Origin: Lepidodermella squamata
Taxonomy: Eukaryota > Animalia > Gastrotricha
Reading direction: 5' to 3'
Length of the DNA: 64,000 bases
NCBI GenBank assembly: GCA_047495785.1
Contig: JBLDXI010000042.1
Location: 434,001 to 498,000 of the forward strand
Shown here: positions 49,328-62,032 of the stretch, piece after piece
How positions within the stretch are numbered: position 1 is the first letter of the stretch
Layout of the letters: every line of letters starts with the position of its first letter
Program-made: the position numbers and the translations under genes
Notes under the pieces: generated by a model
What the model was told of the DNA's origin: nothing
The model's database searches: none
What the model saw: only the letters and a program-made list of their open reading frames with translations

Positions 49328-51589
49328 TCATTGCAGATATTGGCTACCGGGCTGTAAAGCAGTGCGTGATAATGCTTCAACGCGAAAATCTGAATGGCAC
49401 TTTCGAAGTATCAAGCTGTGAGATGCTGAAATAGCAAGCAGGAATACAGATAAAATGGTATCATATTGAAAACTAGGCGCCATGATGTAACCAATAGCTG
49501 CAGGTGCGCAAAACAAAGTTGCTGTGATTCCCATCAAAGAATTACCCATTTTGATAACTGGCTGCTGCCAAAAAATTACGCATCATGGCTTGTAGTTTCA
49601 GCGCAAAAATTAAGCCAATTAGAATCAGGGCAAAGTTCAGTGCGACAAGAGAGCCAACCCAGGCAGATGCTTGCTTAGATTGGCATAACTTCCATTGCCG
49701 TATTGTGTAAGCATCGGCAACTTCATCATAGAGAGCGTATGAATCCAAAACTAAATCAGCAGATACCGGGTCCACAACTAACCAAGCCAAGACGATTGCG
49801 AGATTTATAACTGTATAGATGACCGTGAATGAAGCCTGGCGAACTTTTCCGATTTCAACGTCAATTATAAGATATTTTTCAGACTGAACTGTTTGGAAAG
49901 AGGCAAATGAATTCATTTGAGGCTCTCGCCCACGCCTAATGTTGTTGTGAGGTCGTAGAACAGCGTAGTAATTTGCGATCAAAATAACTATTCCAATTAT
50001 GAACGAGGAAACTCCGCCAGTGATAACAACAATCGCGATGTTACAAACCGCATTTGATCGTAAATTGAATGGCGTAGAAATCAGCGGAACGAACAGTGAG
50101 AGACAGAAATAGCTGATGAGTGAAATTGCATTCCTCACCACATCTTTTCTTCTCTGTTTATCTTTAAACATGAAAACAGCTTGTAAAGGGAATAATGTGA
50201 TCGCAGCAACCGTCAGAATGGCGTAAACGGATAATGGCTCTCCCGTAATCACATGAACTACAGCAGGCGAGTCGCGAGGTATCAAAGACACGTCGACGGG
50301 TTGAACTGGTTTGAATAGAAGAATATTCGGCTCTTTAAAATTCGTTGCATTTGTTAGCACAGTTCCGATGTATCGAACAATTAGGCCGCGGCCCTGTTGC
50401 CACGTCATAACAGCTTGAGGCTCGTAGTCCCACTCCCCGCGGTTCGAGTAATGAAAATTGGCGAATCTCAAGCTTTCGTAACGAATCGAACTAGTTGTTT
50501 GGTTAGCAACTTTCATGACAAACTCCGGATGTTTCTGGTAATCCTTCAGGCTCATGTTGAGCGTCGATAACTTTTTCTCAGTTTCATTCAATGCGACAAT
50601 GGCTTGAAGAGCTGCGTCGTAGCAGGCAGTGCGAAGGGTGTCGCCAGATCTGGATAGATTTTGCCCTCTCTCTGCCAAGATTCTCTCGAACCCTGTTTGA
50701 GTGTTGCCTAATGCGTCGATTCGGGATGAAGAAACAGGCGCAGCATCGATAGAGCCAACGACAATCACTGATTTTAATTGCTCGATGTAATTCTCCCTGG
50801 AGCAGCCACTAGGGTAGCTCTGGCCGGGCGATGGTTCTAAAAAAGCAGCCGATTGGATTAAGAACGTAAATCGTCGCCCTGTTATCCCGTTTTTGAACGC
50901 TTCGCATAGAAACAGTTGCGAAACTCCCGGCTCTGAAGTTTCCAAAGTGAAGATTCTGACATCTTGTTTTTTGAAAAGATGCATAAATTCATCATTAAGA
51001 TCAAGAAATGCCTCGAAAGGTTGGACCTTAATCCCGTTAGCTGCTGCAATTTCATGGAAAAATATGCCAGTTTGAACAGAAAACACGTTGCTTAAGTCCA
51101 CGATAACTGCCATTTTCTGCCATGGTGTGAATTGCTTGATGAAATGAAGACGAGTAACCAGGCCTAGCTCTATCGGGCCTCGAACTCTGTACATGTTAGG
51201 GTAAAGATCGCGTCTAGCTGTCTGGCTTGGAGCAGTGCAAGACGCGCCTATCATTACCATATTCATATGATTCGCAATCGATCCCCAAGCTTTGCAACCA
51301 GGGGTAACGATTGGGCCAACACTTATTGGAGATTTGTACGCTGGCATGTTTTGCCCAATGAATTTTACGCCCTCTGCGGCGGCGTTGGCGGTGTAAACTT
51401 GCTCGTCTGTGTGCAAGAATTTGACTTGGTAGGGAGTAGGTTACGTTCGTTGACGATTTCTCCGACCAAATTTACAGCGAAACGGCATCTGTCAAAAAAT
51501 GAGGGCAACTGGGCGAGAATCACCAGTTCGCTCTGGTTCTGAGTATTGGCGCGATGTATCAACGTAAAAAACAACAGCAGTTTATCCAT
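49328..51589 (-). pseudogene. Intronless class C (GABA-B-like) GPCR, VFT + 7TM, with two frameshifts (~51433, ~49550)
   Basis: Signal peptide and 'VNERNLLP' in one frame; VFT ('RDLYPNMYR', 'WQKMAVI', 'ACYDA') plus TM1-5 ('WLVVDP') in a second; TM6-7 in a third. Pseudogene or consensus indel errors. Confidence 0.78.
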
Positions 51590-52249
51590 TTTATCAAAAG
51601 AAAAACTGCCAACTGAAGCAGTGGTAAATGAGACTATTTACGCCGTAACAAGACTCGTTGAATCTATGCTTTTTGCATAAGCAAGAAATTAGGATTCCGT
51701 TGAAACTTGTTCCTCGGTCGAAGGGTGATGTTTTGCTCATCCATGCTCATCAATTAGGAAGCACGTAGGGCGTGCCAGCAATTAGCCATAGATGTCAGTG
51801 AGCGCTTGTTCAGAACGTTGGCTTAACGTTAATTAACCCTCTCAAATCGTTCGCCCACGTAACCCACGGATGCACGCACAATCGTATGTCGGTGGGTGTT
51901 TATCTATCCCTTCCCTGTAGGAAATTCTTACGCCAACTAAGGCTGGATGCAGGGATCAAATATCGACCTAAATCTTGCGCTTAGATAGCTTTAAAATTCA
52001 TCAATATTTTTGCCTATAGTGAACGTCAGAAATTCGAATTTTAGGAATAACGTTTTGCTTTCGAGCTACCATAATGCTTGCTATAAGTATATAATCTGCC
52101 GAATAATTTTCACTTTGTAATCTTAACCAAATTTAAACATCATTTGTCCTCATTAGTAAAGATTTCAAGTGTCAATTATTGTCGTTGCCTATAAATTCAG
52201 AAATAAACATAATTTTCTTAAAAAATATAGGCTGGATAGCTGAGCCAAT

Positions 52250-52433
52250 TCAATGTTTGTATTGGCGCGATACCATACCAGGGAGACAAGGGCTTGCTTG
52301 TAATGACCTGGTATATCCTGAGCTGCCTGTAAAGATAAATGTGGTATTCATGAGCATTTAACATAAAAAACAATCCTAACCCTTTAAAGTCTTTAAAACC
52401 CTTTGAAACAATAGCCGAGGCGAGCTTTGCCAT
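52250..52433 (-). pseudogene. Degenerate MAKL-family copy
   Basis: CACTTC-ATGGCAAAGCTCGC start and ~180 bp of upstream sequence homologous to the 53641 gene; signal peptide and splice donor degenerate. Confidence 0.55.
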
Positions 52434-53078
52434 GAAGTGAGAATAATTAATGCAAATGAAATTATATAAAAGAGATGAACGAATGAACAATGGACGATGG
52501 ATGGTAAAGTTGTTGTAAAAGCTCGCCAAAAACATCTGGGTAAACACTCGACTGGTAAATCGATGATTCATGCGTGCAGAGTTTAATACCAACCGAGTAC
52601 ATAGATAACATAATATACAGGGTGTCTTTTTGCAGTGGCAATGGAAAATATACTGCTGAAAATATAAACCTTGAAAAAAAAGGAAATCGATACGTTTGTT
52701 GTTTGCATTCAATCCGTTTTTTTTCATGGCCTTTATGAACGTATTGCTCCTGAAAACAGTCAACGAAGCAGGGGGGTTTTTGTGACCAAAGGTCCCCTTG
52801 TTTTCGTGTTTTCCACCTTGGCCCTCCAACTGGGGGCTCGATACCCCTCGATACCCTTTCTTTGCACATTCAATAAAATTAAGACGTATATAACTGAAGG
52901 TTTAGACTTTAGTCTCAAAGCTTGATATTCAGCCAAGATGGCGATTTTTATTTCATACATCTAATGAAAACAGCTGATAGCTCTTCTCGTTAGAGATTCT
53001 TCAATTTCTCCCTCCCAGAGTATGACCTCAACAGCTTGCCTTTCTCGCGCCTCACTTCATTTTCCATTGCCCTTCTCC

Positions 53079-53641
53079 CTAGCGCCTCGGCATCCTACCA
53101 CTGCTGCGCTGCGCCTCAATCAGGTTAGCTTCTGCCTCACGCCTCGGTCTCCGACCAGAAATGCTGCGCTGCGCCTCCATCAGGTTAGCTTCTGCCTCCC
53201 GCCTCGGTCTCCGACCAGAAATGCCGCGCTGCGCCTCAATCAGGTTAGCTTCTGCCTCACGCCTCGGTCTCCGACCAGAAATGCTGCGCTGCGCCTCCAT
53301 CAGGTTAGCTTCTGCCTCACGCCTCGGTCTCCGACCAGAAATGCTGCGCTGCGCCTCCATCAGGTTAGCTTCTGCCTCCCGCCTCGGTCTCCGACCAGAA
53401 ATGCCGCGCTGCGCCTCCATCAGGTTAGCTTCTGCCTCCCGCCTCGGTCTCCGACCAGAAATGCCGCGCTGCGCCTCAATCAGGTTAGCTTCTGCCTCAC
53501 GCCTCGGTCTCCGACCAGAAATTCCGTCACACGCCACGACGGCAACAAGTGCCTATAACAGAAAAATGCTCTTTAAATCAGATTTTAAGAAAAGCTCGAG
53601 ACCCATACCATAAAAGCAAGAGCTGATGCGAGCTTTGCCAT
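53079..53641 (-). CDS. MAKL-family polyprotein precursor with 8 short peptide units, 168 aa (exons 53641-53609, 53552-53079)
   Basis: MAKLASALAFM|ALVAVVACD-[(G/S)ISGRRPR-REAEANL(I/M)EAQR]x7-SSGRMPRR*; GTATGG...TTATAG phase-0 intron at the family position. Confidence 0.9.
53102..53522. repeat. 7 x 60-bp coding tandem repeat
   Basis: Seven near-identical 60-bp units differing at three positions. Confidence 0.95.
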
Positions 53642-54184
53642 GAAGTGAGAATAATTAATGAAAGTGAAAATTAACGATGAACAAATGAGCTGCTGACAAT
53701 TGGTGAGTCGTTTTAAATGCTCGCCCGAAACATCTGGGTAAACACTTGACTGGTAGATGATTCATGCGAGATTGAATAGCAACCGCGTGGATAATATAAT
53801 ATGCTTAGGAATGCCAAAAAAACTTGAGTTAGCTGAGTGCGTTGTCATCTGTCGCAGCTGAACGTTTGGACTTTGGACTTAAAGCGTAAGCCAAAGGACA
53901 ATGACATTTTCTCTTTGTGCTTCACCAATTTCAGACATTTCCCGCAGGTTAAGGGTTCTTTCAACCTTCCTTCGGAGGGAGTCCCGGAGCTGGGGTGCCG
54001 TGACAACCCCGCACACCTATATTTCGCACCCTGATTCACGTTTTACGTTTTTAAGCTTTCGAAGAACTATAGAAAATAATATATGAAATTGTGTTGGTGC
54101 ATGATGAGAAGCAATGAGAAATTATGGTTCTAGGGACCTAACATGTTTTCCATAGTGCGACGATAGGAGAATACGACCAGCTCA

Positions 54185-55095
54185 CGGGGTGGTGATCGTA
54201 AGCTCCTTAACCCCACCTTAATTCCTTAAGTGCTAAGGTTGGTGATCGAAAGTTAAGGTCGCCCTTATCTTTAACTGTTTTTGCGAAATAAGGTCAACTT
54301 AAGTCGAGGTGTGATCGAATGCTCAAGTTAAGGAAATAAGTAAACATTTTGTACTTTTTAACAATAAGTAAGTGATCGAAGGAAAAAGACGCCTTAAAAT
54401 GGACTTAAGGAATATAAGTTAAGGGTTGTCACACCCCTAAGTGTAAGGGACCTCGAGAGGTCCCTCAGCCAACTGGTTGTCGATATTTCACGAGGAAAAA
54501 CCGGGTTTACCGGGCGTCGACGACTCTGTCGTGCCACTGCGGACCTATGCCAAGGCATTGGTGTCGAGTTTTCCTGTAAATTGCGCAAAAATATTTATCG
54601 ACAATGAAGAAAAGATAAGTTGGGTGATCGTATCACGATTTTTCTTATCTTAGTGAAAGTTTTAGCGGCTACGGACAGGTGAGCAATCTTGAATTAGTGG
54701 AGCATCGCGGAGAAAATATGGGTTCCGCAATACTAGAAATAAAATAGAATCGATTACAAAGCTTCTAATCTTGACCAATGAAAATATAGGACTAATAATT
54801 GGGACACAAATTTGTCTCTAGAAATTAGGCCATCTTTTGGCATTGTTGCGCAATCACTTAAGGTCACATTAACTTTGATCACTCAACTTACGAATCTCAG
54901 TAAAACGTTAAGGTCGGTGATAGAACGGTATCGAGATCCGGATAAGGTACGATAACATTCCTTTAAGTAGACCTTAACTAAGGGCGCCTTTGATAAGGTG
55001 AGTTTCGATCACACACCAATTTAAGGTCAACTTAGCAAAGTGAACTTATCTGAAAAGTTACCACTTAAGTTAAGGTCCGTACGATCACCACCCCG
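54185..55095. mobile_element. PIF/Harbinger-like non-autonomous element, 911 bp
   Basis: TIR CGGGGTGGTGATCGTA; 3-bp TSD TCA; internal GTGATCG and TTAAGGT repeats. Confidence 0.85.
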
Positions 55096-55389
55096 TCAGA
55101 ACTAGTTTCGCACTCAAAAAAAACCAAAACCCAGAATAAACACATAGAAACACATAGAAAAGCTTCCGATCTTTTCGAAATACCCGAACATGGAGAAACC
55201 TCAGCATGGAGATTCATGCAGGGTAATTATATCACCACAGAACACAGTATCGCGATGAGTATGATGCGATATCATGAAAAGGCCATCGGGTTCAATTTCG
55301 AATTAAACCACGAAGCTAGCGGATGCTACAATTACAATTTTTCGACCGTTGTTCCTAACCCCAACTTCAAGGTCCGAGAAGCCTGTGAG

Positions 55390-55628
55390 ATTAGTGAAAC
55401 AATCAACCCGCGGATTATATTTATTCCATATGCTCCCTCTTATCACCGCAGTATTTTCACATTTTACAGTCACAGTAGAATCCAAGCCTATCGACGTTTT
55501 CGTACCAGGTTGTAATTTTCAGTCTAATTGACGCTGGCGAACAGCGTTACGACAACAATAGCTGCCTGTCTGAAAACTCACTGAAGTTTAGTTATGTTTA
55601 AAATTAAAGCCAATGTAAGCTTTGCCAT
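55390..55628 (-). pseudogene. Degenerate MAKL-family copy
   Basis: TTC-ATGGCAAAGCTT start (MAKLTLALIL), acceptor ACAG|GCAGCTATTGTTGTC (AAIVVV), frameshifted module CENTAVIRGSIWNKYNPRVDC. Confidence 0.6.
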
Positions 55629-56238
55629 GAAACGCGGGAATTGTATGGTTTTAATGAAAATTGAATATGTATGAAGCGAATGGTTTACCGAAAAACTCCC
55701 TTCACCACCTGGTCAAACACTCAACTTGGAAATCGATGGTTTTTTTCGCTTTTTGTGGCATTGAACGGTAAGCTTGTCAACATGCTTCTAAACAAAAAGT
55801 CATTACCGATACCTAGAATAATGCTAAAAGTGCTCTCAGCCAATGCTAAAAGTCTCAGTGCGAAAATGCTTGGACCATATGCATGGGAAATGTCTATTCG
55901 CAATGAATGGAAGTGCAAAGTGCAAAGTGCTATTCGATTTTAAATTTGTCGGTTAAAGGTTAGTTGTTACTGTTTTAGTAGCTTTCACTTTATTTGATCA
56001 AAGGATCAAGGATCCAGGCCGTTTTTTCCTTATGAGATTTCGAACCATGTCTCACTTGAAAGTGATAGAGCTTTTCACTGCATTAGGGGGAATTGGAGCC
56101 AATATTGGCCCTTGCTAAAGATACTAAGGACTGGGCATAACTTGGACCATTTTTGGATCTGAGAGTTAAATTTTCATTTTCCCCAAAGGAATGCAAGGTC
56201 GCCGATACCACCAGCTGGCTACGCCCTTGCTCATGGGC

Positions 56239-58333
56239 TTAGTAGATCATCCACAGAAATAAAATCGTATCTGAGATTATCACGATTAACAGAGATACAA
56301 TACCTAGCAAGATATCAGCCAAGCGGCTTGTTCTGACATCATGGGCAACGTGAAAGCATCGGATCTTGATTCTGCTACTCCCGAAAAAGTCCTTAAACGA
56401 GCAATACATTGTCAGTAGAATGGCAATCGCGAATTTGATCCCAATCATGTATACAGCATAGATAGAGCTCGAAGTTTTCGGAATCATGCCGCTGACAAGG
56501 CTTAGCATCAGCGCATACGCAAGGACAACTGTTGCGCAAAACGCTGCCCGATCGGTTTCGTCCGGCTCAGCTAGCAAACATATGATCGGCAGTGAAATGA
56601 GAGACAGCGTAGGGAACAGGACATTCCAGATGAAGTATGCTGGCTTGCGTTTGAATGATATGCTGAAATCTATGCGGGTGAAGTATTCTTCGCTGCTTGG
56701 ATATCGCCATAGAATGCTAGTTGGCGAATCGTCAACCAACTGCCAGATTTCTGTGTCACTGACGAAATAGTCTCCCCATCTCGGGGAGATTCCGAAGTTA
56801 TCAATGCTGAAATTTACAGCAAAAACTGGCTCGCATGACTCGAAGCTCATGATGCAAGTTTGTTCGTCGAAAGGGAATTTAGCGTAATTGAAAGAAGGAC
56901 AAGACACATCGAAGCGGTCGTATATATCCCACGACAACGAGGGCTCTTTGATTCGCAACTTTTTGATGTCATTCAATCTGAGACAAAAAATGACTGATCA
57001 GAGCAGTGAATTTGATAGGATTTTTACAAGTGAATAGCTTTGCATCGTTTGTTTTAAACGGTCATCTATCTGCTCAAGTATGTCTTATCATTTCGATAAA
57101 AAATAAAATAAAAAATAAAATAAAATAAAATAAATAAATGAATATAAAAAATAGCCTTGGTACCCTGATTTTCTGATAATAGCTATTAAAAAGCAGCCCT
57201 TCATATTGTATGGGGATACCACGTAGTCTTGTGAAAGTGGTTTTCGAAAATTAAAAAAATGTGTTAGCTATGTTTTCTGGAGTCGATATTTGTACTTAGA
57301 TAAGTACGAATTTTTATATGCAAATTAGGCGGCTTTCGGTTATGTAATATTCTAACAATTTTCGACCATGAAATTCGACTTTTAAAAATGAGTAAGAATT
57401 CATTATCATTCCTTGAAGGCTGAGATCACTTGGAACATGGACTTGTTGAATTTGCCAACTAAAACATTAAATTAGGATTGGAAGGCTAAGGAAACTTAAG
57501 TTTCGGGGTGGGCAGTCTCGAAAAGGGGGAAATATACCTCAAAAGTCAAATAATAGCCAAAAATTCGGAGTAGCCAAACATTGGGGTGGGAGGATATAGT
57601 GCTATATAAACCCTTATATCGGTTTCATGTTTCATAGATCGAAAATACCCCACTCCGCTCCCCTTACCCCATATTTTTTTCTATAGCAGCCCGGGCTACT
57701 AAAATTTCCACCTCGAAAATGTGAACAATTTTTGGTGAACCGTTCATTTTTGATATTTTCGAACCAACTTTACCCCTCAACCCTGGGCTACTATTATGGC
57801 GATTATTAGTGAATGGGCTAATACTGAAACAAATACAGTATCCAAAGACATAAACGATATGAAATGAGCAAAAAATGTCAAACTTGCCCATTCAGTTGTA
57901 TCAGATGTTGTTCGATTGCTGTGACATGGAACAATCGCGGCACCCATGACGCATCGTTCCTAGGAAAATAGACGAAAGTAGTGCCTTCATTGATACGCTC
58001 GCACTCCTCGCTGGTTGTCAAATTGAGAACCTCGCACCGCGGCCAGTTATCAGCGCACATAGGTATCGCCCACTTCAGCTGTAGTAAGCCGACCAGTGAC
58101 AAACTCTGCTGCACGTCATCGATGCCGAAAAATCGGTACAGCTGCACTAGTACTTGGACGTTGATGGGCGTGCCGGTTTTTATGTAATTTTCCGAAGGCA
58201 GAGCCGTTGCATAGATCGCTGGGCACGACTCGGCGAATTCCTGCAGAAATTGGTTAAGCAATGAAGAAGATTCCGCCGCTGCGCCGAACGTGACGCATGA
58301 GATTACGATCGCTGAGATCATGCTGCCAGCCAT
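56239..58333 (-). CDS. Divergent Cys-loop ligand-gated ion channel subunit (nAChR-like, non-alpha), ~394 aa; exons 58333-57888, 56977-56239
   Basis: Signal peptide, 'GIDDVQQSL', 'WVPRL', Cys-loop CPSFNYAKFPFDEQTC, pre-M1 'FKRKPAYFIWNVLFP', four TM segments, 'LAD' before M4; intron uses a GC donor. Confidence 0.88.
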
Positions 58334-58714
58334 TGCAGGGCGAAAAAAACAAAATGGTGCTAGAGATTGAGCCTGTTCGCTTCAAATATTGAACGCCTCT
58401 GCAGCTAACGTAATAAAAACAAACCGTGATTATTATAGGCAAACAATTGGTAATATTTGTCACCGATACAATAACAAGTATTCGGAAAACAATATGTCTA
58501 TCGCATAGCTGGAAATCGCATCAAAAAGGTGTTTGTTTGAAGCGTCGAATCGTTATTGGCTCAACTTCCGGGTGTTCTGTAAAAATCAGGCTAATTTTTC
58601 GTTAAAGAGGCTTCCGGTTTGCTGCACTCACCGAAATCTCACACAGCAGTGACATTTGAGCTGTGATCACTGACCACTTATGATCCTCATCGAGCTTATG
58701 GTTCATATCGGCTC

Positions 58715-58827
58715 CAGGGCGCGAAGTACGGGGGGGAACGAGGGGTATCGTGCCCCCAAGTTCGGCAGGCTTAAGTAGAAAAATACTCAAAAAACCACAA
58801 GAATCAAGAATCCTACTTCGTGCACTG
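58715..58827. mobile_element. hAT-type MITE, 113 bp
   Basis: CAGGGCGCGAAGTA...TACTTCGTGCACTG; perfect TSD ATCGGCTC. Confidence 0.9.
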
Positions 58828-60163
58828 ATCGGCTCTGATATTTATAGGACCAGAAGGTTCCGCTGCGGTTTTTGGGTTACCCCCCCCCCCCCCCCCTTTA
58901 CCTCGCACGCCATTTGCTGAAATGTCCTAGCTGAAATGTCCGACCATGGGGTGACAGGAATAAAATGATGAAAAATGTACTCATGCAACAAATTAATCAT
59001 TGATTTATTTTATTTATGCTATAGCCATTCTCCGCTAATTTTTCAACAATTCTTGCATGTGATAAATAATCAACCCCGGTAGACAGGGTCGCGCCATCTT
59101 TTGAAAACACTTTGAGCCCATAGATGAGGTACTCCATTTCCGCTGTTTTATTGCCAGTGACGTAGTGAAAAGACACCGCCATCTCAGACAATCCCTTTAT
59201 GGTTTCGTTGTAGTACCGATCGCCTTTCGGCATCCAGTAGGCGAATCGCTTAGACGGGTACATCTCCGTTGCTGGGTCGAGAAAATTGAACCGCTGCCGG
59301 CCTGTCGGGTCACTTGACTCGGCCAGCTCAACGCCCGCTATTGCTAAACATCGGCCGATATTGACGTCTTCGTGAATCAGCGGACTGAGGTGCCGAGTTC
59401 CAGGACACTTGTCTGGGTCAGTTGTGTTTTGCAACGCATTTTCGACCAATTGCTTCACTCCTTGAAAAAAAATGGAAAAAAGAAATGACAAAATGAAGTA
59501 TCTAATTACTATTCAAATTTAACAGAAAAGCTTTATGACATTTAAATTATGAAAAAATCGAAACCAAGATAATATTAATACAATTAGAAAAACTGAAATT
59601 CTGAATTTTTTCACATCCAAATTTTTTGGAAAAATCAGGAAAAAGAATCCATGTTAATTGACCACGATCATTCTAACCTTGTCGTGATATGACGTAACCA
59701 GCCCCACCAGCAGCGTAGTGACGTCGTAAATCAGGCCTCGTGTGATTTATCGGTCGCGTTAGTTTCCGTAAAATGCCGACCTGTGTAAATAGCTTCATTA
59801 GGCCGGAAATGAGTGGCGAGGAAAAATTTGAGATTTTCCATAATTATAAATGAATCATCATCGGCCTTTAAAAACCAGTCGAAATCATTGAGAAGGCTTT
59901 CGTCATACACCCATTCGAAAGCTGCTCGAACCTGAAATAGGATTAACAAGAACATTTCAAATTTTAAAAAAATTGAACATTTAAAATTGAATTATACAAA
60001 ATTTGAAATTTGAGAAAATACAAATTCGGATCAATACATTTTTAAAACATGTCGCAGAGGTTCATAAACAAATATTTGAAGCTGTAAAATTCGAAACTTA
60101 AAAATTTAAAATTTCTCTTAATTCATAAAATGATGAAAAATAATTTTGATAATTTCAAAATAT

Positions 60164-60410
60164 GGGTCCCCCACAGAGTAGCAGGCTTCAAATAAAGCAG
60201 AGAGCAACAAATGGTGCACACTTCAGACCAAATGGCTTCAAAGCACTCCCATAAAAAAGTAAAAAGTATTAAGCAATGATCACCATGTTTTGGAATTAAT
60301 GCTATTATTTTACTTTCAAGCCATTTTTTAATTTTGCTTTGAGGTCATGGTGCTTTGAAGCTTTTGCTTTGAAGCCTGTTACTAAATTTTCCCTACTTTG
60401 TAGGGGACCC
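60164..60410. mobile_element. MITE with 8-bp TSD
   Basis: TIR GGGTCCCC-ACAGAGTAG / CTACTTTGTAGGGGACCC; TSD CAAAATAT; internal GCTTCAAA repeats. Confidence 0.85.
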
Positions 60411-60531
60411 CAAAATATTGCAAATTAATTATGATTAATTTCTTATGAGTTTTTGCCGTATGAGTTTGGATGAATTAGGCGTATCTTTAGCCAAACTGCT
60501 TTGTAATTTTTCTTCGAGCTGAATTTCTCGT

Positions 60532-60760
60532 GGGGCGTCAACTCGTCCGCGGTCAATACTCGTCCGCGACAACTCATCCGAAATTAAATAAATATTTAAA
60601 TAATTATTTTTAGTGACAACTCATCCGGTGACAACTGGTCTGGCCCGGCCGAGTTGTCGTGGATGAGTTGTCACTAAAATTTAATAATTAATTATTTTTT
60701 AATTATTTAAATTCTGGGTCAACTCGTCCACGGACAAATCATCCGCGACAACTCATCCTG
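60532..60760. repeat. Foldback cluster of (G/T)CAACTC(A/G)TCC motifs
   Basis: About 8 copies in both orientations, palindromic core ~60605-60685. Confidence 0.7.
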
Positions 60761-60935
60761 AGGTTACCAACAAATGTTCTATTTCGAATTTCGGATGAAG
60801 TCCCTAATAGGTTCATGAATTTATTGAAAAATAGTTGAAAAATAGTTATCAGAAATATAATTTGAAATTAAAATTGAAATTACAAAAATTACTAATTAAA
60901 AATTTAAATTTAAATTTATTCCGAGCAGGAAAGAT

Positions 60936-61405
60936 GGTTCTACGACATTTGCGCCAACTGAGCTGAGCCAAGCGACAACTGAGCCAGACATTTGCGCCAA
61001 CGACAACTGAGCTAAATTTCTTAAAACGACATTTGAGCCAAACGACAACTGAGCCAAAATTGAATAAAATGTTGAAACGACGTTTGCGCCAACGACAACT
61101 GAGCCAAATTTATTTAATTTATTTTTATTATTATTCAAATATAATGGACATCAAACATTATAGAGGTCGAGCTGGGCATGCTCGCTCCGCTCGCATAGCC
61201 AATGGTCATAGCTGAATAATATTTAATTCATAATTAGCTCAGATGTCGTTGGCGCAAATGTCGTTTCACACTTTTTGGCTCAGTTGTCGTTGGCGCAATT
61301 GTCGTTTTAAAAATATAAATTTTTTTTAGCTCAGTTGTCGTTGGCGCAAAAGTCGTGGCGCAAATGTCTTGGCGCAAATGTCTTTGGCGCAAATGTCGCA
61401 GAGCG
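60936..61405. mobile_element. Foldback MITE with modular arms
   Basis: Left arm of GACATTTGCGCCAA / ACGACAACTGAGC repeats mirrored in the right arm; near-TSD GGAAAGAT/GGAAAGGT. Confidence 0.8.
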
Positions 61406-62032
61406 GGAAAGGTTGAAAATAAAAAAAATCGAATATTTGTGTAGTTGAAGTCAATAAAATAATTTAATTTCATTATAAATAAGTTCAAATGTACTCGATA
61501 AAATGGGCTAACCTTTAGCCAAACTGCGTTGTAATTTTCTTTAACGCTGAATTTTTTGGCACCGATATCCGGGTCATCCTCGACGACAAAAAGCGATCTC
61601 GTTCATAAAATCGCACGCGCCTGCGTGAAAAGAGAAATTGTACGATAAAAAAATTCCTTGTTATTAAAATCACGTTGTCAACAACCTTGATTTTTCTCTC
61701 GAACATTTTTGACAATTCAATTATGTTTCCGTATTATAACTGAACTCATAGAATGTTGTATCACAATTTATATCGGCAACTGTGGTTCTGCTTGCGGAGA
61801 ACTCCGATAACAAGCTTCGCCCTCGGTTTCGCTTCAGTGATTTTCTTTACTACAACCATCGCCCGATATTCTCAAACCAGCTCGTGCCAGGTAAAAATAA
61901 CATTTAATTTTTACAAGTTAATTTTTTGAAATTTTAAAATATTGGAAAATGTTTTGTTAACAATTCTTATTAATCTGAAAAGAATAACTTATTTTGCGAG
62001 ATAATTTGCATAATTTTTTTCAAATCAAACAG

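Larger units (their letters stand above)
58997..61620 (-). pseudogene. Core-1 beta-1,3-galactosyltransferase (C1GalT1/GT31)-like gene, disrupted; exons ~61620-61513, 59931-59678, 59461-58997
   Basis: 'DWFLKADDDSF', 'YAAGGAGYVISR', 'EDVNIGRCL', 'AVSFHYV' motifs; frameshift near 59745, in-frame TGA in the ~61600 exon; 5' exons not found. Confidence 0.78.

Noticed and set aside
53102-53522. CRISPR-like array (also 25760-26165)
   Set aside because: Units are contiguous near-identical repeats with no unique spacers, in a eukaryotic context, and are explained as coding repeats.
53022-53613. Plus-strand repetitive ORFs (178 aa and 150 aa)
   Set aside because: Shadow frames of the 60-bp repeat; only the minus frame has a signal exon and splice sites.
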